Virus record (IMG/VR): IMGVR_UViG_3300005965_000002
Coordinates: 124,001-188,000 of that record
Length of the DNA: 64,000 nucleotides
Strand: one strand, 5' to 3'
Position 1 is the first letter of the stretch. Every line of letters begins with the position of its first letter. Under the pieces are notes generated by a model. That model searched no databases. It saw nothing but the letters and a program-made list of their open reading frames with translations, and was not told where the DNA came from. Of the stretch, positions 1 through 8,445 are shown in pieces. The position numbers were made by a program, and so were the translations under genes.

Positions 1-1
1 G

Positions 2-43
2 AGCACAAGCGATCCTTTCATGGTTGTCCAGCTTCGTATCTGA
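2..43 (+). CDS. 3' end of upstream gene (partial), possibly capsid decoration/minor head protein
   Basis: Frame 2 reads STSDPFMVVQLRI-stop just before the capsid gene; only 13 codons visible. Confidence 0.3.
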   Translation, partial: STSDPFMVVQLRI

Positions 44-93
44 TGAGGGCCATCGGAGTCGCGTTTTAACTAACACATAAATGGAGGTTTTTA

Positions 94-975
94 ATGGAAC
101 AACCTATTACCAATGAACTTAAACAAGAGATCATTGGGCAGTATCTGAAGACTGCTGCCGGTCGTCAGAAGCTGGCTGCCAGCATGATTCAGCCCCTGCG
201 TCTGCGTCGTGACTACACCTCCGTGGCTCGTAAGGCCTTCTTGGTCGAACAGCTTCCGGATGGTGCTCTCCCGATCTATGACAAAGATCCCAATGTGACT
301 GCTTTTGTGGTCGGAGAAGAAGGCGAGAACATTCTCGCTATTACACGTCCTCGCCGTGTAATTTTCCCTCTCTTCGAGATTGCATCTAACCCTGAGATCC
401 CGTTGACACAGGTTAAAGAACGCCGTTTCGATCTTATCGAACGTAGCCAGGATCTTGCTAAAGCACAGATTCAGGCCGCTGAAGATGGTCGTGCATTTGA
501 CGTTCTCGATGCCGTTGCTAGCAATGGTTTTGATAACCTCGGTAGCGCTTATACAAACGCTCCGGTCAACGCTACAGCTCCTCTGACACCTAGTGACATG
601 ATTGATGCCTTCGCACGTATCGAAACTCATGACCTTCGTGTTGCTAGAGTTTTCTGTAACGCTCTGGACTTCGCTGACATCCGTAAGTGGGGTCGTGATG
701 TTCTGGATATCGAAAGCCAGGCTACTCTTCTGCGTACCGGTCTGATGGCCTCTGTTTGGGGTGCTCAGATCATCGTTACCAGAAAGGTCGCCCCGGGTTA
801 CATCTACGTTTGTGCAGAACCTGAGTTCCTAGGCCGTATACCGGTCAGAACAGAACTAACGGTTCTCTCAGCCGATGATCCGAAGGCTCGCCGTATAGGA
901 TTCTCTGTCTTCGAGAACCTTGGGATAGGAGCACATAATCCGCTTGCAGTCACGCGGATTCGTATAGCTCGCTAA
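94..975 (+). CDS. Major capsid protein (HK97-like fold, inferred)
   Basis: 293 aa, strong RBS (ggagg), biased high-expression codons (cgt, gct), followed by a strong terminator. Segments (FEIASNPEIPLTQVKERRFDLIER; GLMASVWGAQIIVT; RIGFSVFENLGIG) resemble large-phage MCPs. Confidence 0.82.
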   Translation: MEQPITNELKQEIIGQYLKTAAGRQKLAASMIQPLRLRRDYTSVARKAFLVEQLPDGALPIYDKDPNVTAFVVGEEGENILAITRPRRVIFPLFEIASNPEIPLTQVKERRFDLIERSQDLAKAQIQAAEDGRAFDVLDAVASNGFDNLGSAYTNAPVNATAPLTPSDMIDAFARIETHDLRVARVFCNALDFADIRKWGRDVLDIESQATLLRTGLMASVWGAQIIVTRKVAPGYIYVCAEPEFLGRIPVRTELTVLSADDPKARRIGFSVFENLGIGAHNPLAVTRIRIAR

Positions 976-993
976 GTAAATTCTTAGTAAAGT

Positions 994-1030
994 AAAAAAT
1001 CCCGGTATTTTTATATACCGGGATTTTTTT
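994..1030 (+). terminator. Rho-independent terminator (possibly bidirectional)
   Basis: aaaaaatcccggtat...ataccgggattttttt inverted repeat with A and T tracts after the MCP stop. Confidence 0.85.
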
Positions 1031-1061
1031 ATGCCCACATACGACCCAAAAAAAGGTATTA

Positions 1062-3032
1062 TTGGATATTGATAAATTTTTTGGCGATATATATATTGTT
1101 AATATGAATAAACTAGATGAAATCAGAGAGAAAATTAAGAATGGCTCTTCCTATGAGGAACTATCCAAGGAGTATCCTTTAACGATAAATGGATACAAGA
1201 AACTGGGAGGAGTAATAAAAAAGAAGAGAAAAGTAAATAGCCATTCGGTAGCTGCTGTATACGGGAAAAAGTTAAAGGACGGATTAAATACTATAGATAT
1301 AATAGTTCAAGATGAACAAAAAGGTAGAGAAAAGAAATTAAACAGATCTCATATTATAGGAACATTACTAGGAGACGCATCTATAATAGTCACCACAAAT
1401 AAATGCTACCGTAGAACTTTTTACTACACAGTGGCACATACATGGAGACAGATAGAATACACTAAACTTAACTATGAAAAATTAAAGCCATACGTATCCA
1501 GGGTTAATATATCGGAGCCTAGAGATTGTGACGGTTTTAAAGATCACTGTATTTATATAAATACGGAAAGTACATCTGATTTTTTAGAATATTACGATAT
1601 GTTTTATACCCATGGAAAAAGAGATTGTAATCCTAAGAAACATGTTTTTCGCAGCAATATAGCTACAGAAATAGATGTAGAAGTACTATCGTTTTGGTTA
1701 ATGGATGACGGTAATCAGAGGGGAAAAGCAAAAGGTGTATTTGAGTTGACCATAGGAATGCAGGATTTTTATACAGAGAGAGAAGTAAAATGCTTTGTTG
1801 ATATTCTAACAGATAAAATAGGTATACCTTTCTATTACAACTTTGGTTCTACTTCTATCGAGATATATAATAAAATAGAATCATCAGAAAAGGCTATTCA
1901 GTTATTATCTCCGTATATTATCCCTGACTTAAGTTACAAATTGGGTTTAGAACCTGACATGTGCGGTTCTGTTTATAGAGGTGAGATTTGGTATAAAAAC
2001 TGGCAAAAAAGTAGGATAAATATACAGCACCCCTTTTTAGAAGATAATGACATAGAAGACTACAGAAGATCTAAAGATCCAAAGTTTAAGGAAATGTTTA
2101 GAAGAGCTCTTTTATACCGTACGAAAGTAAGAGGGTTTCCACACGCATCTTATTCTAATTCAGAATTACTTGATCTATGGAATAATTTAAAAGAGAGTTC
2201 TTACGAGTGTGTTGAGGCGTATTTAAAACCTAATTACAATTTAAATAGATTTCCCAGTTATTTTTTCCCTAATAGATTCCGGTGTATTAAGAAAGGTCAT
2301 AAATCTGCTGTAGAGGTATTTAACAATAATAAGGATTTATCAAAGGTAATAGATAGACAGCTAAAATCAAAGGACAATATAAACAACAGTAATATAAGGA
2401 ACGCTATAGGTGGATACGGTGCTCCAGTACCCGCTCAGTTTAACCCGGCTTATGCTAGGTACTTCATTGCTAAATATAGTAATGAAGGGGACTTGATATT
2501 AGACCCTTCTGCAGGATGGGGTAGTAGACTAGCTTCATCTATTTCTTTAAATAGAAGTTATTACGGTATAGAGCCCAATAGTGAAACCGTAACAAACTTA
2601 AATAAAGAGATTTCTTGGTTTAAGAATAACAACATAGATGTTAATGCTACTATAGTAAAGGGTTGTTCAGAGGATATAGAATCTTATAGGGGTATTAAAT
2701 TCGATATGGCAATTACTAGTCCTCCGTTTTTTGACAAGGAGGTTTATAGTTATGAGGATACACAATCGATAAGAAGATACTCAGATTTTGAAGAGTGGTG
2801 TGAGAAATTCTTAAAGGTAATGATTTTAAATACATTTAATTCTTTGAAAAAAGGAAAATTTTTTGTACTAAATGTAGCTAATTATTCTGACTGTCATTTA
2901 GCATATATTTCTAAGTACTTGTTAAAAGATGTGGGGTATTCTATAAAGGATATAGTCTATACAAAACCTGTTTCTAGACCAGTTTCCGGTAAATCGTTAA
3001 AAGAGGAATTTATAGTAGCGGAGAAAATATGA
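1062..3032 (+). CDS. LAGLIDADG endonuclease - amino-DNA methyltransferase fusion
   Basis: IIGTLLGDAS and LSFWLMDDGN (LAGLIDADG_2-type motifs); C-terminal LDPSAGWGSRL (SAM motif I) and ITSPPFF (motif IV); TTG start, alternative ATG slightly downstream. Confidence 0.85.
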   Translation: MDIDKFFGDIYIVNMNKLDEIREKIKNGSSYEELSKEYPLTINGYKKLGGVIKKKRKVNSHSVAAVYGKKLKDGLNTIDIIVQDEQKGREKKLNRSHIIGTLLGDASIIVTTNKCYRRTFYYTVAHTWRQIEYTKLNYEKLKPYVSRVNISEPRDCDGFKDHCIYINTESTSDFLEYYDMFYTHGKRDCNPKKHVFRSNIATEIDVEVLSFWLMDDGNQRGKAKGVFELTIGMQDFYTEREVKCFVDILTDKIGIPFYYNFGSTSIEIYNKIESSEKAIQLLSPYIIPDLSYKLGLEPDMCGSVYRGEIWYKNWQKSRINIQHPFLEDNDIEDYRRSKDPKFKEMFRRALLYRTKVRGFPHASYSNSELLDLWNNLKESSYECVEAYLKPNYNLNRFPSYFFPNRFRCIKKGHKSAVEVFNNNKDLSKVIDRQLKSKDNINNSNIRNAIGGYGAPVPAQFNPAYARYFIAKYSNEGDLILDPSAGWGSRLASSISLNRSYYGIEPNSETVTNLNKEISWFKNNNIDVNATIVKGCSEDIESYRGIKFDMAITSPPFFDKEVYSYEDTQSIRRYSDFEEWCEKFLKVMILNTFNSLKKGKFFVLNVANYSDCHLAYISKYLLKDVGYSIKDIVYTKPVSRPVSGKSLKEEFIVAEKI

Positions 3033-3868
3033 AAATAGTATGTAAAATATGCGGGCACTCAGGATTAGACATATCATCGCATATAAGGCTAAAGCACAAT
3101 ATCTCTATTGTAGAGTATCGTGAAAAGTATAAATGCAGAGTAGTTAGTCCAGAGATAGATAAGAAAAGAAAAGAAACTACAAAGAAATTGTATGGGGATC
3201 CTAATTGGCGTAATAAAGACGCTCAAAAATTAATGTTCTCTGATTATAAAGGCGGGCATCCGTTTAAAGATCCTGAATGTAGAAAAAAAGCGTGTAAGAC
3301 AAAAGAAAAATTATATGGGGATCCTAATTACACTAATAGAGAAAAAGCAAAGAAAACTAATTTGGAGAGGTATGGGACTGAATATACATGTGCTTCAGAG
3401 CAAGTGATAGAAAAAAGGATAAAGACTCTAAAAAGCAGGTATGGGAAAGTATTTAATGTTGAGGAACCACATAACAAGACAAAACCTCCAGAAGATTTTA
3501 AGGAAGTATTTATTAAGGAGGGTTTGACATATGATGCCCTGTCTTATAAGTACGAAGTCTCTGTCCCTACTATAAAAAGGTGGGTAGACGAGCTATCTTT
3601 AAAAAGAGAACCTGTAAAATCTTCTGAAAAGAGCTACGAATCACCTGAAGAATTAGTATCAAAGTACTTGGATACATGTTACGAACTATCGAAACCTTTA
3701 TCATTTTATGATTACGGCAAAATAAAAGGTGGGAAGTATTGTAATAGACTTAAGAGGTTATTTAATAAAGGAAAAAAGTTTGAGCATATCAAACCCTTAT
3801 TGAATAGAGCAGTTACAGATCAGTCATTAAAGCATAAGGTTCTGTATGAAATGGAATCTCCGCTATAG
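3029..3868 (+). CDS. C2H2-type zinc finger / basic repeat / HTH protein (homing-endonuclease-associated architecture)
   Basis: CKICG...SHIRLKH; repeats KKLYGDPNW, KLYGDPNY, KKTNLERYG; HTH-like YEVSVPTIKRWV; ATGA overlap with upstream gene. Confidence 0.7.
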   Translation: MKIVCKICGHSGLDISSHIRLKHNISIVEYREKYKCRVVSPEIDKKRKETTKKLYGDPNWRNKDAQKLMFSDYKGGHPFKDPECRKKACKTKEKLYGDPNYTNREKAKKTNLERYGTEYTCASEQVIEKRIKTLKSRYGKVFNVEEPHNKTKPPEDFKEVFIKEGLTYDALSYKYEVSVPTIKRWVDELSLKREPVKSSEKSYESPEELVSKYLDTCYELSKPLSFYDYGKIKGGKYCNRLKRLFNKGKKFEHIKPLLNRAVTDQSLKHKVLYEMESPL

Positions 3869-3960
3869 ATATCTTTATGTTTTTTTAATTATAAATACTT
3901 TTTTGTATATTAGAATGAGCGTTAGATAATTCTTGGTTTCTAATAAAGGCCGGTAATAAT

Positions 3961-6000
3961 ATGCATAAGATATCAGATGATACTATAAAAGAGCTAATAA
4001 TCGATAGGAAAATGACAGATCACCAGGCAGCTAAGTATTTAGGTGTAAGCCGCATGACCGTATCTAGGAGAAGAAATAAAATAGGTATAGATCAGAAGCC
4101 TAAGCGTCCTGATGGTTACTATGAATTAACAGCGGAGCAGGAAAAAGAGTTAGAAAGGCACTACAACGAAGGTAGGAACGATTACGAAGTTTCAGAGTTA
4201 ACGTGTTTAGGCAGGAACAGATTACGTGAGTGGAGAAAAAAAAGAGGAATACTCTCTAAGTCTAATAAAAAAGGCTTAGGCAAAGAGGATGCTGAGAAAG
4301 CGATACTAATGAGAAATAGTGGTAGCACATATGAACAGATAGCTGCTGAGTTTGGTGTTAAAAGAACATCAATATCAAAACTACTTAAAAGAAGCGGGTA
4401 TAAAGAAGATAATATGTATAGGCCCACCAGCCCTAAATGGGCTGAATCCTATACTCTTACCAATGACCAGAGGTCTGTCATAATTGGAGATCTTTTAGGA
4501 GATGGTACTTTAGTATCTACTTCAGAAGAAAACGCATACTATCAGTCAGGCCACTCGAATTATCAAGAATTTTTTATAAGATGGAAATATAGTGTGTTAT
4601 CTCCGCTGACTTCGAGTGTGGGTAGTAAAAAAGATTATAGCGCTTACTCTGTAAAGACTTGGACATGCCGAGAACTAGGAGCATTAAAAAAAGTTTTTTA
4701 TCCCGAAGGTAATAAAGTTATTAATAAAGAGATCGCAGACACCATTAATGAGATCACGCTAGCAGTTTGGTATATGGGAGATGGGTCGTTAATTAGGAAA
4801 TCCCCTTATATACATATAGGCAAACAAGTGGATGCAAGTGTTTTTAAGGAATCCATTTTAAGGAATTTAAGCATATCTTCCTATGTGAGGGACTACAGTA
4901 AAGAGAGTCACTTAGTATTTGAGTCCGATTCTTTCTTTAAAAAAACGGCTCCATACATATTACCAGAATTTTATAAAAAGGTTCCTGAAAATTACCACAC
5001 TAACTTAGGGAAGTACTGGTCTGATAAGAGTTTGTTTCCTTATGTAACTTCTGATATTTATTTAAGATTACCGGATAAAGATAAGATACAAGTAGTTAAT
5101 GCTTTGTGCGCTTATTATAGAAAAAAAGGTTTTCCTTACCCGAGATGCAATAGAAGGGAGTTGCTCAAGTCTTATAAGTCTTTTTTAGATAAGGATAATG
5201 AGGTAGCAGCATTTAAGATATGTAACCATTTTATGCCTCATAGATATGATTGTCGTAGGTATGATAGCAACCCGATGGAAAATTGGAATAATGATAAACT
5301 TTTTAGAAAGTTTATTATTAACAGACTAACTTATGGAAAAGGTTATATATCAGATTCTGTCATTAGGACAGGTATGCAACTAAAAGGTGTAGTAGCTAAT
5401 TTCAGCCCTATGACTGCCCGTTACATCTATAATAACTATTTACCGGAAGGAGGATCTTCTCTAGATTTTAGTTCTGGTTTTGGTGGCAGGCTGCTTGGGT
5501 TTCTGGCTTCAAAACCCTCCGGTACGTATTTAGGTGTGGAGCCTTTTACAAAGTCTTATATTGGCTTAGAAAAAATGAAGGAATATTTTTTAGACCACAA
5601 CAAATCTAAGTCCGTAGATATAGTAAAATCTCCTTTTGAAGACTTATGTGGTAAACTTAGTGGTGGCTCGTTTGACATGGTATTTTCTTCTCCTCCTTAT
5701 TATGGCTTAGAGATTTATAGTGAAGACTCTACACAGAGTTTTATCCGTTACCCTAAATATGAAGATTGGCTAAATAACTTTTGGTATTTGGTTTTAGATG
5801 AAAGTATAAGGGTGCTGAAGAGGTCAGGTCATCTTATTTTTTCGATAGGAAACTATAAAAATTATGATCTAATACACGACACTAAATATTATTTAAGGCA
5901 GAAGAGCGTAGAAGAGAAAGGTTCCATTAATATTCATTATAAAAACGTATACCTTAATTCTAAGAAGAAAGAAGATGTATTCGTGTATAAAAAACTTTAA
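3961..6000 (+). CDS. HTH - LAGLIDADG endonuclease - amino-DNA methyltransferase fusion (second paralog)
   Basis: N-terminal HTH repeats (AAKYLGVSRMTVSRRR; IAAEFGVKRTSISKLL); IIGDLLGDGT and LAVWYMGDGS; LDFSSGFGGRLLG and VFSSPPYY. Confidence 0.85.
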   Translation: MHKISDDTIKELIIDRKMTDHQAAKYLGVSRMTVSRRRNKIGIDQKPKRPDGYYELTAEQEKELERHYNEGRNDYEVSELTCLGRNRLREWRKKRGILSKSNKKGLGKEDAEKAILMRNSGSTYEQIAAEFGVKRTSISKLLKRSGYKEDNMYRPTSPKWAESYTLTNDQRSVIIGDLLGDGTLVSTSEENAYYQSGHSNYQEFFIRWKYSVLSPLTSSVGSKKDYSAYSVKTWTCRELGALKKVFYPEGNKVINKEIADTINEITLAVWYMGDGSLIRKSPYIHIGKQVDASVFKESILRNLSISSYVRDYSKESHLVFESDSFFKKTAPYILPEFYKKVPENYHTNLGKYWSDKSLFPYVTSDIYLRLPDKDKIQVVNALCAYYRKKGFPYPRCNRRELLKSYKSFLDKDNEVAAFKICNHFMPHRYDCRRYDSNPMENWNNDKLFRKFIINRLTYGKGYISDSVIRTGMQLKGVVANFSPMTARYIYNNYLPEGGSSLDFSSGFGGRLLGFLASKPSGTYLGVEPFTKSYIGLEKMKEYFLDHNKSKSVDIVKSPFEDLCGKLSGGSFDMVFSSPPYYGLEIYSEDSTQSFIRYPKYEDWLNNFWYLVLDESIRVLKRSGHLIFSIGNYKNYDLIHDTKYYLRQKSVEEKGSINIHYKNVYLNSKKKEDVFVYKKL

Positions 6001-6080
6001 AAAGTGCGTACAAAACAGTATATTAGATTAACTTGATATTATTATCTCATATCAAAAACAAACAACATGAGGAGGCCCTA

Positions 6081-6278
6081 ATGGCTATTGCGGTAAAGAA
6101 GCCGCTGTCGAAGACAGCTCGAATCAAGCTTGTGCGTGCTGCTAAAAAGCAGGCAGGTAGAATGAAGCGTCCGGACATGATTAAGATGGTTCGGGACATG
6201 GACACCCGTGTTACCACAGCTGAAGCCGGTAAGATTGTAACCGAAGCTAACCAGGCAACAAAGGCTAAGAAGAAGTAA
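6081..6278 (+). CDS. Small basic K/R/A-rich protein, possible DNA-binding core protein
   Basis: ATG at 6081 after gaggagg RBS; 65 aa, ends KAKKK; followed by terminator. Confidence 0.6.
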   Translation: MAIAVKKPLSKTARIKLVRAAKKQAGRMKRPDMIKMVRDMDTRVTTAEAGKIVTEANQATKAKKK

Positions 6279-6306
6279 GTATATACTTACATACATTTGA
6301 GATATT

Positions 6307-6337
6307 AAAGGCGAGGGCTTAGGCTCTCGCCTTTTTT
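6307..6337 (+). terminator. Rho-independent terminator
   Basis: aaaggcgagggc-ttag-gctctcgccttt followed by T tract. Confidence 0.85.
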
Positions 6338-6344
6338 ATTTCAC

Positions 6345-6358
6345 ATAATCTTTTAATA
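6345..6358 (+). promoter_or_regulatory. Putative late promoter motif copy 1
   Basis: ATAATCTTTTAATA, 44 nt before the next start. Confidence 0.6.
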
Positions 6359-6402
6359 CAAAAGCTCTTATGTAGGACTAAAGATATTTTAGAGAGATTT
6401 GT

Positions 6403-7080
6403 ATGAAAAAGACCATAACTTCTAATATTCTAGTATTTGCCTTTACGATATTAGAGAAGAATGCTCCTATAGAGATTGAAAACAAGTACGGGATAAAGGT
6501 AGATGAATCCGTAGAAGGTAAGTTTGCTGTTTTAATTCTCAAGGCTCTCGATAGGCTTCCTTTAGAGTTAACTAAAGCTTGTGGTATAGTTTCATTAGGA
6601 ATAAAGGATTTAGGTCCTTCTAAGGAATATTATCCCAACCATGGAGTCTACGTATCTAATACTCTTTACCTAAATAAATGGAATACCGAAGATCCCTGGG
6701 TAGTTGAGGATTCATCGGGTAATAGGTTAGATAGGTTCGACCACACCTTATACCATGAGATGGGTCATGGCTTAGACGAAGTACTGGGAGGTGAAAAAGA
6801 CCTTTCACTTCAGCCAGAATGGTTAGATTTGTCTGGGTGGAGCCCAGAGCCTAAAGATGGTTTAAAAAGAGTGATTATTCGTGAAGCAGGATCCCCTGAG
6901 TTAGTAGGGGAGTGGTGGTACAATCCGGAGGCTGGGTACACTAGATTTTATGCTAAAAGAAATCCTTGGGATGATTGGGCAGATAGTTTTGCTTATTATG
7001 TAGCAGGACTTAAAAGTTATCTTCCTGAATCCAAAATCAGTTATTTCAATAAGTTAATAGGCAAATTTTTCAAGGAATAG
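6403..7080 (+). CDS. Zincin-type (HExxH) metallopeptidase-like protein
   Basis: TLYHEMGHGLDE plus downstream YAKRNPWDDWADSFAYY, matching the Y-x3-N-x2-E-x-F-A-E pattern of lethal-factor/Zmp1-like zincins but with Asp substitutions. Confidence 0.7.
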   Translation: MKKTITSNILVFAFTILEKNAPIEIENKYGIKVDESVEGKFAVLILKALDRLPLELTKACGIVSLGIKDLGPSKEYYPNHGVYVSNTLYLNKWNTEDPWVVEDSSGNRLDRFDHTLYHEMGHGLDEVLGGEKDLSLQPEWLDLSGWSPEPKDGLKRVIIREAGSPELVGEWWYNPEAGYTRFYAKRNPWDDWADSFAYYVAGLKSYLPESKISYFNKLIGKFFKE

Positions 7081-7082
7081 AT

Positions 7083-7880
7083 ATGAAGGAAGTAAGAAAT
7101 TATTTAGATAAATTAGCCGTGAAGCTAGCCAGCCATGGGTTTGAGGATTTTGCTTTTGATGTGTGGGATGCGGGTACCTCGATAATGAGGTACGCTTCTT
7201 CTAACCAGGTAGAGGAAGCTGAAAAAAGATATTACGAAACAAAAAAAGTAGATGATTTAGTAGAGTATCATAACTCGGGGCAAATGGATAGAGACATCGC
7301 AACTATGATAAAGGGCGGGAAGTCTTATAAAGAGATAGCAGAGAGAAAATTCAAGCAGATCCAACAGGATAACCCGCCGTATGCGCACGATCAAGGAGCT
7401 AAACAGTTAGCAGAAAGTTTAATGCGCGGTGTTCAGAGGGGTGCCATAAGAGCAGCTTCTTTGATTATGTCTAGAATGGCATGTTATCTAAAGGACCTGG
7501 GTTATGATAATGAGGCTCAGATACTGCATAGCTCCTTTTCTAAGGTAGCATCTAAGGGCCGTAACGTAGGTGATAAAGTAGAAAATTTTCAAGTAATTTC
7601 TCTTGAAGAAATGTATGAAAATTCTACTCACAAAGCTGAGCAGAAACCAATATTAGAAAATATCCAAATAATGGTTAAAACATATGAATCTGTACTAAAG
7701 CTTATTAAGAAATTTAAGAAAGATTACGAGAAGCTTATAAAGGTTTACTTGAAACAAACAGGTGAAGAAGTAGACAAAAAAGAATTAGAAGAATATTCAA
7801 CTAAAATGGTAGAGTTAATCACATACTATGACACTGCAATCAGTAATGAATTCAGGTCTCTCGCAAAGGCTATGGTATAG
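7083..7880 (+). CDS. Hypothetical head-associated protein
   Basis: 265-aa ORF with two copies of an amphipathic helix motif and RYAS/RAAS/KVAS sites. Confidence 0.6.
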   Translation: MKEVRNYLDKLAVKLASHGFEDFAFDVWDAGTSIMRYASSNQVEEAEKRYYETKKVDDLVEYHNSGQMDRDIATMIKGGKSYKEIAERKFKQIQQDNPPYAHDQGAKQLAESLMRGVQRGAIRAASLIMSRMACYLKDLGYDNEAQILHSSFSKVASKGRNVGDKVENFQVISLEEMYENSTHKAEQKPILENIQIMVKTYESVLKLIKKFKKDYEKLIKVYLKQTGEEVDKKELEEYSTKMVELITYYDTAISNEFRSLAKAMV

Positions 7881-7911
7881 CCTGATCAAGAGCATTTTAA
7901 GGAGCCCCGTT

Positions 7912-8175
7912 ATGAAAGCTCAATTTTTGAGTGAGGCTAGCGGTAAAACTAGTTTTATGAGAGTGATTACCACTTTTATCGTGATTACTATTATGGGAGT
8001 GTTTTTGGCTCAGAATATTATGTCTATGATAAACGGTGGTGGGTTAGTTTCTTTGGGGGTGTCTGAAGCTTCATTGTTAGCCGGTCTCTTAGGTATGAAA
8101 GCTGCCCAAAGGTTTGGTGAACATAAATCAAGTTCTGTGCAGTCATTGCCCGATAATGAGATGCCTAAGTCGTGA
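7912..8175 (+). CDS. Small two-TM membrane protein (holin-like)
   Basis: ATG at 7912 after aaggag; GKTSFMRV followed by two hydrophobic helices and a charged tail. Confidence 0.55.
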   Translation: MKAQFLSEASGKTSFMRVITTFIVITIMGVFLAQNIMSMINGGGLVSLGVSEASLLAGLLGMKAAQRFGEHKSSSVQSLPDNEMPKS

Positions 8176-8444
8176 AAAAATCAGATATTCTACCATCTTT
8201 GGAGTACTATATGCCAAACCCAAAGGATTATGATAATAAGCAAGATTGGATGGATGCCTGTATGTCCCAACAAAAGGACGAAGGCAAAAATATGAAGAAA
8301 GAAGATGAGAGGGATCAGGCAGTAGCCATTTGTCTAAATATGTGGAGAGATAAGAATAAGAAGACTGCCAGTAAGGGCAAGGTAGCGAGCGCCGCCAAAG
8401 CTTTATATAAATTATCAAAGAAATTAGAAGATCTTGGAAAGTAA
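8172..8444 (+). CDS. Small phage head-associated protein
   Basis: PNPKDY...WMDACM...DQAVAICLNMW pattern typical of small phage head-region proteins; KTAS/KVAS sites. Confidence 0.55.
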   Translation: MKKSDILPSLEYYMPNPKDYDNKQDWMDACMSQQKDEGKNMKKEDERDQAVAICLNMWRDKNKKTASKGKVASAAKALYKLSKKLEDLGK

Positions 8445-8445
8445 A

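Noticed and set aside
91-630. 179-aa minus-strand ORF
   Set aside because: Antisense shadow of the codon-biased capsid gene; no RBS or recognisable motifs
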